NCBI RefSeq assembly: GCF_001194135.2 | Contig: NC_068989.1 | Coordinates: forward strand, 5,070,134-5,134,133 | Origin: Octopus bimaculoides | Lineage: Eukaryota | Reading direction: 5' to 3' | DNA length: 64,000 bases | Part shown: in pieces, positions 26,501 to 37,400 of the stretch | How positions within the stretch are numbered: position 1 is the first letter of the stretch | Layout: each line of letters opens with the position of its first letter | Program-made: the position numbers and the translations under genes | Notes under the pieces: model-generated | Told to the model about the DNA's origin: nothing | The model's input: the letters and a program-made list of their open reading frames with translations, nothing else | Database searches by the model: none

Positions 26501-29250
26501 AATTTAAACAACTGTTTGAATAGATAGCTGCACAGAAAGCTTGGTAGTCTTTAAATGATGTCCCATACTTATTGTCTGAGTTATGATTAAATGTATTTTT
26601 GGCTGCAGTATTTCATCCACAGAATGTTCCTTTGGGGCATAAAGGGCTAAAGAGCACCCACACCAGCCCAAAGGCATTTAAATAACTCCCATACCCTCAG
26701 TAATGGTTAAAATTGAAGTTTAATTTATAAAGGATAAATACAAAGCTTCTAATTTCTTATTTCCCATTCTACATTTAATTTGAAATATTGAATAAAAAAA
26801 AAATTCATCAAAAGCTTCATGATTTAATGAAGAATGAAAAATGACAAAACAAAAATCACTACAAAAAGATAGATTTAGAATTAAATTTTATGTCGTTAAC
26901 GACATTAAATGCTAAGAACTGGTGTGCGTGTGTGAGAGAGAGAAGGGGAAGAGAGAAAGAAAGAGAGAAAAAAGGGGTTTGATCTGCATTTAACAATGAA
27001 GCAATAAAATATAGAAGAGTTATGCAGCAAAGGGAGATAACAGATATAACTCTAGACTTCCAAATTTTATGAGATTCTCTTATAGGTTTCAGTCAGTGGA
27101 CTATAGGTGGCCATATTGAGAGGACATTGCTTGCCAGAGTACATCTGAGTACATCAACCCACTCCTTGTTTTATTGGTTTCAGAAGAATAACATGCAAAG
27201 TGGGTTTGGAGAAACTGATTACCAAAGGATATTTTATAAGATGCTGTGTGCTTGAGAAGAAGACCCATCAAGCCAAGTCAAATTGCAGTCATAGCAGATA
27301 CTGGTGTCATGCAATTGGCACCTGTGCTAGTGGCACACAAAAAGCACCCACTACACCCTTGGAGTGGTTGGCGTTAGGAAGGGCATCCAGCTGTAGAAAC
27401 CATGGTAAATCAGATGAGCCTGGTGCACTCTCTCAGCTTACCAGCCCTAGTCAAACTGTCCAACCCATGCCAGCCAGCATGGACAACGGATGTTAAATGA
27501 TGATGATGATGATGATGATGACAATGCACAGAATGTCATCATCATTTTAACGTCTGCTTTTTCATGCTTCAAAAGTTCAGAGTGAACTGGAACAACATGA
27601 AATAAAGAATCTTGCTCAAGAATACAACAGCCTAGTCTGGGAATTGAACTCACTACCTCATGATTGTGAGCCCAATGCTCTAACCACTGAGCCATGTACC
27701 TTCATCTATACATATCCTCACCAAAATGGTATTCTTCTGAAGGATCTTTGGAGTAATGTTATTCATTAGTGTGAGTGTAGCTTGGAGATTGGGGGTCTCT
27801 CCATGCCAAAACACTGCTTATTTGCTTTGAGCAGTCAGAGCACTGTGGATATGTGATTAGAATATTGCAGGAAAGAAGTGCAAGATGGATTCTTGAAGCC
27901 AAACCAGCAGGAAATGTTGGGGTGGACCAAGAACGAGATGGTTGGATAAGATCCATCATGTCGGTTGGTTGTGCTTGGGAAAGTATAATGATGGCTGCAT
28001 CGAGGACTCTACACCTACAACCCTCCAAGGAATAGGGAGTGGAGAAGATGGATGAGTGTGTGTGTGTGTGTATTTGTTTGCTTTTACCCTAAACCACTTG
28101 AAAATCAATGTTGGTTTGTTTATGCCCCTATTGTTTAGTGGTTTGGCACGAGAGACCAATGGAATAAGTACTACATGTTAAAAAAATAAATATTGGGGGT
28201 CGATTTGTTTGACTATACCCTTCGAGGCAGTGCCCCAGCATGGTCGCAGCCCAATGACTGAAATAAGTAATAGATAAAAAAAAATCAAATAATGATTGGT
28301 TAAGAATGGAACCTAAAGAAGTCAGGAAGTTGGAGAGGAACAGGAAATATATAAACATAAAAAAACAAACGAAAATAACAACAAAATAAAGCAAATAATA
28401 CACACATATAAGCAGAATAAAACAATGGAACAACAATGAAATCTGCTACATTTCATAACAGAAACATAAAAAGATGAGGGGGGAAATAAATATATTTATG
28501 TATATCTATTTCCCCACCCCCTCATTTTCTTTTAAAAACTAAACAAATTTTGATTGTGAAATGATTTAAACTCATAAAGATTTTGACAAGGGACACAACC
28601 CATTCTATTATAAAATATTGCTTTCTACTATAGGTACAAAGCTTGGGGGAGGGGGAGTGGCTAGTTGATAACATTAAACCCCAGTTCTGAACTGGTACTT
28701 ATTTTATTGACCCTGAAGGGTTGAATGGTTAACATCAACTTCATTGGAATTTGAACTCAGAACATGAAAACATGAAATGCTGCTAAGCAATTTTCTCTGG
28801 CATGCTAACAATTCTGCCAGCTCACCATCTTCCTAATTCCTAAAATACTGGTTTCAAATTTTGGCACAAGGCCTGCAATTTTGGGGGGAATGGGGGGAGG
28901 GCTATGTTGATTACATTGACCACAGTACTCAACAGGTACATGTTTTATTGACCCCAAAAATATGAAAAACAAAGTCAACCTTGATGTAATTTGAACTCGG
29001 AATGTAAAAACAGATGAAATGATTCTAAGCAATTTGTATGGCATACTAATAATTCTGCAGCTTGCCGCCTTGCTAACTCCTGAAATACAAGGTGTGGCAA
29101 AACTAATGCCCTTTTGTATTTCAGTTTTCTTGCTTCTAATGGAGTTTCTTTTCTATTTCCTAAAACTTCTGCGATTTTTCCCATTAGTTTTATTATTCAT
29201 TTCTTTAAGTAATGCAATAAATTTGTGTTCAATAAAAAATTACTTAAACA

Positions 29251-29286
<36 letters not shown>

Positions 29287-29449
29287 GGCACAGGAGTGGC
29301 TGTGTGGTAAGTAGCTTGCTTACCAACCACATGGTTCTGGGTTCAGTCCCACTGCGCGGCACCTTGAGCAAGTGTCTTCAGCTATAGCCTGAGGCCGATC
29401 AAAACCTTGTGAGTGGATTTGGTAGACGGAAACTGAAAGAAGTCCGTCG

Positions 29450-29498
<49 letters not shown>

Positions 29499-32400
29499 TT
29501 ATTTGTCTGTGTTTATCACCCCAACATTGCTTAGTGGTTCGGCAAAAGAGACTGATAGAATAAGTACTAGGCTTACAAAAAATAAGTCCTGGGGTCGATT
29601 TACTCGACTAAAGGCGGTGCTCTAGCATGGCCGCAGTCAAATGACTGAAACGAGTAAAAGAGTATACTATAAAAGTTATTAAATGCAAAAACGGTATTAC
29701 TTCTGTCGGACCCTGTATTAAAGATAGGCATGGCTAGTGAAAAAGCACAGCTGTTGCTTTGTGGTTCAGAAGTTTAGTTTCCAACCATGTGGTTTTGGGT
29801 TCAGTTCTGGGTTCAGTGTCTTCTACTACAACCCCTTTGCTAACCAAAGCCTTGTGAATGGGTTTGGTAAACAGAAAGTGAAAGAAGCCCATCATATATG
29901 TGTGTATCTCTATGTCTTGATACTGCATGACTGTTGTAAAAGAATGGCACACATTTCCAGTGTTTTGTGTGTGAGTGTGTATGATTATGGTGATGGTCTG
30001 TTATCACTCTAAAAAATCAGGTGAATAGAGAAAAAAAGGAGAAAACAAACAAACGAACAACCTTTTCTATTATCATGATTGAGTTAATAGAAACTCTAGC
30101 TTGTCTAGAGACATACCTGAGATATAACATCACCATTGAAGCGCCGAACTTGATATAGATGTCGGTACCTCGATTGTTGCTGTTCTCGTTTCTGCTTTGC
30201 TCGTATTCTTTGTAGGTTCACTTTGCGGCTTCGTTTGTTCTGTAAAACTGCAAAAAAAAAAAAAAAAAAAGGGTAGAGAAGGCTTATAATAAATAAAATA
30301 CCGTATTTTGATGGCACATAAGATGCACTTGCTTTCCCAAAAACACTAACTCCAAAAATATTACCTGGGGTTCTGTAAGTGATGTTGGGTCTCCCATAAG
30401 CTTTAATGCCCTAAAAACATTTTTTTTCTGAAAATATGTTGCTGAAATTGGGGGCAGCTAATACACCTGTGCGTCTTTTATGCCATCAAATATGGTTAAA
30501 AAAGGTAAAAATATTAGTTCATTTGTTGGTGGGCTTCCTTTCAACTCTTTCTTCCTGTTTACAGCAAATCTATGGCATTTTATGCATTATTTATATTCTG
30601 AAATTTTTATTGATTTGAAGGATCAGCAAATTTACCCAGTTCTACATGTGTGTGCGTGTGTGCGCATATGTAGTTTCTCTTATCTTTTAGCAAATTTGCT
30701 ATTAATCCTATTTCCTTTACCAAATCATAATGGAATGTGCATAAAAATAAAAAAAAAATTCTTAAATCCACATTATTAACACAACTACTATTACTCTCTA
30801 TGTATCAGGTATATGAGACTAGCAGGAACAACATACTGCAGCTACTATAACTACTACTACTACTACTACTGCCATTGATTCTCAAATGTATCATTATTAT
30901 TATTATTATTCTTTGCCCAGTCAAGGGAGATAAATGACAAAAACTGAAGAAAATTATGAATGTTCTGTTTTTGTATTTGGCTTGCAAGATACTTGATATG
31001 AGCTCATGTGCTGAAACATATTTTGTTATATCTTGGGTGGGTCACTGTGCCAATGGTAAACACACACACACACTGGTTCTATTTCACTTCTTGATTTGAC
31101 AATTGGTTAGCAGTTTAATTAACTATCTTGTCGATTGTTTGATTAATCATTACAGTTAAACAATTAATCAGTTATGCTTGATATCGCTTCAGTGACATAC
31201 CCCCACTACTTCAGGTGAGCCTCTAAGTTATAACCAACATAACTTATTGACTGATTAACCAAACAATCAATAAATTCACTGGCTAAATAGCATACCAATT
31301 GATGAGTAATAAAGAAGTGAAATACAACCAATGTGTGTTTATTATCGGCATAATGACCCTCCCAAGATACAACAAAGTATATTAAGTTCTTAACGGTAAT
31401 TACTTACATTCTATTTTATGTTCTCGGTTCAAATGATGTTGAAGTCAAATTTGCCTTTCATCCTTCTGTGGTCCACAAAAATAAGTAGCAGTAAAGTGCT
31501 GAGCACTGATCTAACCAACATTACCCACCACCAATATAATATTATGGCTTTGTATCAATGTTAAAAAAAAAAAAATCATTGCTGTAGTAGAAGTACCACT
31601 ATTAGTTGTTATCCTACCAACAAACCAAAATAACAATCCCAGACCACCATTAATTTTCCTTGGACCCAGCAATTTACTTCTGCTATTATAATAGAGTTGA
31701 AGCCTTTGCTCTGCCATCCACCCCCTTTTTTAGTTAATTTTCTTTTGCTTGACATTCGAACTAAGGACAAATATAAACAAACTTTCTGTCCCTCCACCTC
31801 CAGCCTTCTAAAAAGCTATTGGGTTGGTGCATAATTATTGCAGCTTTTTTGCAACAAATTTTATTCAACAAAAACAATAACAATATTTAACAAAAACATC
31901 TTTAAATGACAGTCTGACCGTCTGCCAACCAAATGGGAAGCAGTAATTGAAGTAGATGGTGAATATGTTCCAGAATAATTATTTAAAGATGTTTTTGTTA
32001 CGTGTTATGATTGTTTTTGTTGAATAAAATTTGTTAAAAAAAAAGCTGCAATAATTATGCACCAACCCCAAAAAAAAAAATATAAAAAAAACTACTAGAT
32101 TTGGGATATTTCTGAATGATTTGCATTCTATCCTTATTATTCATATCACCTTGAATCTAAGGTGTGGTTACAGGCGTAAGTGTGGTTATAGGAGCAGGTG
32201 TGTCTGTTTGGTTAAAAGGTTTTCTTCCCAGGCCATGTGGTTTCTGGTTCAGTGCCAATGTGTAACACCTTGAACAAGTGTCTTCTACCATAGCCTTGTA
32301 AGTGAATCTGGTAGACAGAAACTGAAAGAAGCCTGCCCTACATATGTACACACACAGACACAAACACATATATATATTGTTGGTATTATGTTAAACTGTT

Positions 32401-32757
32401 GTATGTTCAAATTTGGCCAAATGCGTTTTTTTCAATATTTATTTTTGCTTGCAATAGCCAGTTCTTTTTGTTAAACTATCGTATCTCCAGCTGTCTCAGA
32501 TACCAAGAATTGTCAAAGTATAGTACAATGGTTTTGCTATGGAATGGTGAAGCTATTTTTTCGTTTTCTGAAGAAGCAACGTTGTGGACTTATGACATTT
32601 TTGCATGATAACAATGATACACACACACACACACAGAAGGCACAAGTATTTGTGCTCACACGCACGTGTGCATACATATATATGCATGTCTGTCTATTGT
32701 TTATCTCCTATTTATCCATTTATCTACCTACCTATCAACCTCTGTGTGTTGATGCAG

Positions 32758-32800
<43 letters not shown>

Positions 32801-33497
32801 CATCATCATCATCGTTTAACATCTGCTTTCCATGCTAGCATGGGTTGGACGATTTGACTGAGGGCTGGCGAACCAGACGGCTGCACCAGGCTCCAATCTG
32901 ATCTGGCAGAGTTTCTACAGCTGGATGCCCTTCCTAACGCCAACCACTCTGAGAGTGTAGTGGGTGCTTTTACGTGCCAGCGGCACGAGGGCCAGTCAGA
33001 CGGTACTGGCAATGACCATGCTCAAATGGTGTTTTTTATGTGCCATATATATATTGTGTATCTAATATAGGATAAAATTTTCGAAAAATTTTATCAGTGG
33101 CCAGCATATTAAAAAATACCTTTTACGGTGAAAATTATAAACAACGTATAAATAAGGGCAAAAGAAAAAAATTCCTATGCCAAATATGCCAAGAAATAGA
33201 CTTTAAATCATCAATAACCACATATAATTCATCACCAAAAGCACACATCTTGAAGAAAGCTGACAGAAATTTCAAAAAAATTCTGTTATTACCAAATCGG
33301 TCCAATTTCTGAGTTAATTCATAAAGAATTTTCTCGCCATCAGCGGTAAATACATTAAGAAATAAATGAAATACTTACTTGCACGCATGGAACAAGCATA
33401 TGCAGTGATGAATTATATGTGGTTATTGACAATTTAAAGTCTATTTCTCGGCATATTTGACATATGATGTTTTTTTCTTTTGCCTGTATTTATAAGT

Positions 33498-33532
<35 letters not shown>

Positions 33533-33542
33533 NNNNNNNNNN

Positions 33543-33575
<33 letters not shown>

Positions 33576-34125
33576 AAGTATCCATGAGTTAGGTAAATTC
33601 TAAACATGAAACAACCTAAAATTACAAGAAGTGTGTATGGCATTAAGTTCTAAGCATTTATTCCTACACACCCTCTTAACAAGAAGTCATTTGGGTGAAA
33701 ATAGTAACTTTTTATCAAAGCTATTGTTTGTGCATACACTAAAGTGCCACAGATGTGAGATGGGTGAATGGCGAGTCACACACCCTGTTTGTATATCAAT
33801 GAATATGAAATCAATACAGATTATATTTGTACTAAAAGCAGGTTAGAAAAGGTCATCCAAGTATAAACAAATAAAAATCAGCAGAATTATTGAATTGAAC
33901 ACCAAAAACTACCCCAAAATTTTAGAAAAGAAATATTCAATTTTCACACACACACACACACAGTTATTATTCATAACAGACGGAAATTACAGAGTGACTT
34001 GAGAGGTGAGAGTTTCATGCTCAAGCACTTATATCTTGGATCTTGAATTACTCTGTAACTTCCGCAAATTATTAATAATAAAAAATTACGTTTTGAGTTC
34101 CATTTTCCTGTTTGCATCACTAAAC

Positions 34126-34181
<56 letters not shown>

Positions 34182-34293
34182 NNNNNNNNNNNNNNNNNNN
34201 NNNNNNNNNNNNNNNNNNNNNNNNNNNNNNNNNNNNNNNNNNNNNNNNNNNNNNNNNNNNNNNNNNNNNNNNNNNNNNNNNNNNNNNNNNNNN

Positions 34294-34373
<80 letters not shown>

Positions 34374-34390
34374 AAGAGAGAGATAGAGAA

Positions 34391-34421
<31 letters not shown>

Positions 34422-37400
34422 AAGAGAGAGATTTAATTTATTGTCTGTGACCAGGTAGTGTTTGGGTTCAAATCAATATGTCTGCTGTTATACTACCATT
34501 CATCAATTTTAACCCCTTAGCATTTAATCTGGTCATATCTGGCCCTAAACATTCTATCTGGTTCATGTTAGGACTGATGAGATCCAACCTCTCACACCTA
34601 CCCCTCAATGTCATTCTAAAAATATACAAACACATCTTTGAAATCTTGAAGTTACAAGATTATGAACGATAAATAAGTGTTGCATTTGACAGAGTAATCT
34701 GAATGTTGAAGGGTTAAAGATACACAATAAATGGCCAGCTAGAATGCAGAGAGACAACAGTTAGGTGTGGAGGTGAGGAGACAGGATGCAATAATTATAT
34801 GAATAAATTAATTAAATCATCAATAAAAAGACCAAAGAAAAAAACCCCATAAAAATCAGAACCACATGAGTGAGTGCAAAGGTTAAAACAAGAAACGATT
34901 AGTCAGAAATCTCCAATATCAGTTCATGCCTTTTCAATGTTAACAACATGCTTTTGAAGTTTGCTAATTTATATAAGATTTTAACCATCACCTTGTTACA
35001 AAGAGCACAAAAGATACTATTTCCTACAAACAGAGCAGTGTGTGCTCCACAGCCATGCTTACAAATGACCTCCTGTTATTGTCAGTAAGAGTAAAGCTCT
35101 AATAATAAAAAGCACTGACAAACGATCTTTGGTCTGAACTGGCATATGAATCCTGGCTGCAATCGGTGCCAGAAAATGACCCTTTCAGATAATCAGTTCT
35201 GGCAAATGGCTCTTGATCAAAGTCAGTCCCAGCAAAAGATTTCTGGTCATAATCAGTCCCAGAATTAGACGTCTTGTCAACGTCTGTATCAGAATAAGAC
35301 CCCTGATTAACATCTGTACCGGAATTAGACTCCTGATCAACGTCTGTGCCAGAATTAGACCTGTTATCAATGTCTGTGCCAGAGTAAGACCCATCATCAA
35401 CGTCTGTGTCAGAGTAAGACCTCTGGTTAAGGTCTGTGCAAGAATTAGACCCCTGATCAACGTCGGTACCTGAATCAGACCCTTGATTAACGTCTGTACC
35501 AGAATAAGATCCCTGATCAACGTCTGTACCAGAATAAGATCCCTGATCAACGTCTGTACCTGAGTAAGATCCTTGATCAACGTCTATACCAGAATAAGAC
35601 CTGTCGTCAACGTCTGTACCAGAATAAGACCTGTCGTCAACGTCTGTACCAGAATAAGACCTGTCGTCAACGTCTGTACCAGAATAAGATCCCCGGTCAA
35701 CGTTTGTATCAGAATAAGACCCGTCGTCAACGTCTGTACCAGAGTAAGAGCTCTGGTTAATATCTGTGCCAGAATAAGACCCCCGATCAACGCCTGTACG
35801 TGAATAAGATCCCCGGTCAACGTCTGTATCAGAATAAGAACTCCGGTCAACGTCTGTGCCAGAATAAGATCCCTGGTCAACGTCTGTACCAGAATAAGAA
35901 CTCCGGTCAACGACTGTACCAGAATAAGATCCCTGGTCAACGTCTGTGCCAGAATAAGAACTCCGGTCAACGTCTGTGCCAGAATAAGATCCCTGGTCAA
36001 CGTCTGTACCAGAATAAGAACTCCGGTCAACGACTGTACCAGAATAAGAACTCCGGTCAACGTCTGTGCCAAAATAAGAACTCTGGTCAACGTCTGTGCC
36101 AAAATAAGAACTCCGGTCAACGTCTGTACCAGAATAAGATGCTCGGTCAACGTCTGTGCCAGAATAAGATTCCCGGTCAATGTCTGTACCAGAATAAGAT
36201 CCCTGGTCAACGTCTGTGCCAGAATAAGATCCCCGGTCAACGTCTGTACCAGAATAAGATCCCTGGTCAACGCTTGTACCAGAATAAGATCTCCGGTCAA
36301 CGTCTGTGCCAGAATAAGATCCCTGGTCAACGTCTGTACCAGAATAAGAACTCCGGTCAACGACCGTACCAGAATAAGAACTCTGGTCAACGTCTGTGCC
36401 AAAATAAGAACTCCGGTCAACGTCTGTACCAGAATAAGAACTCTGGTCAACGTCTGTACCAGAATAAGATCCCTGGTCAACGTCTGTACCAGAATAAGAT
36501 CCCTGGTCAACGTCTGTACCAGAATAAGAACTCCGGTCAACGACTGTACCAGAATAAGAACTCTGGTCAACGTCTGTGCCAAAATAAGAACTGCGGTCAA
36601 CGTCTGTACCAGAATAAGATCCCCGGTCAACGTCTGTACCAGAATAAGATCCCTGGTCAACGCTTGTACCAGAATAAGATCCCCGGTTAACGTCTGTACC
36701 AGAATAAGAACTCCGGTCAACGTCTGTGCCAGAATAAGATCCCCGGTCAACGTCTGTACCAGAATAAGAACTCCGGTCAACGACTGTACCAGAATAAGAA
36801 CTCTGGTCAACGTCTGTGCCAAAATAAGAATTCCGGTCAACGTCTGTACCAGAATAAGATCCCTGGTCAACGTCTGTACCAGAATAAGAACTCTGGTCAA
36901 CGTCTGTGCCAAAATAAGAACTCCGGTCAACGTCTGTACCAGAATAAGATCCCCGGTCAACGTCTGTACCAGAATAAGATCCCTGGTCAACGTCTGTACC
37001 AGAATAAGAACCCTGGTCAACGCTTGTACCAGAATAAGATCCCCGGTCAACGTCTGTACCAGAATAAGATGCTCGGTCAACGTCAGTACCAGAATAAGAA
37101 CTCTGGTCAACGACTGTACCAGAATAAGATCCCTGGTCAACGTCTGTACCAGAATAAGATCCCTGGTCAACGTCTGTACCAGAATAAGAACTCTGGTCAA
37201 CGTCTGTACCAGAATAAGATCCCTGGTCAACGTCTGTACCAAAATAAGATCCCTGGTCAACGACTGTACCAGAATAAGATCCCTGGTCAACGTCTGTACC
37301 AGAATATGTTCCCTGGTCAACGTCTGTACCAGAATAAGAACTCTGGTCAACGTCTGTACCAGAATAAGACCCCTGATTAACATCTGTACCAGAATACGAC

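Noticed and set aside
35584-37383. 599-aa minus-strand ORF and the plus-strand ORFs (35213-37636) over the array
   Set aside because: Shadow frames of a 30-bp unit. Only the GSYSGTDVDQ frame stays open through both non-homogeneous flanks.
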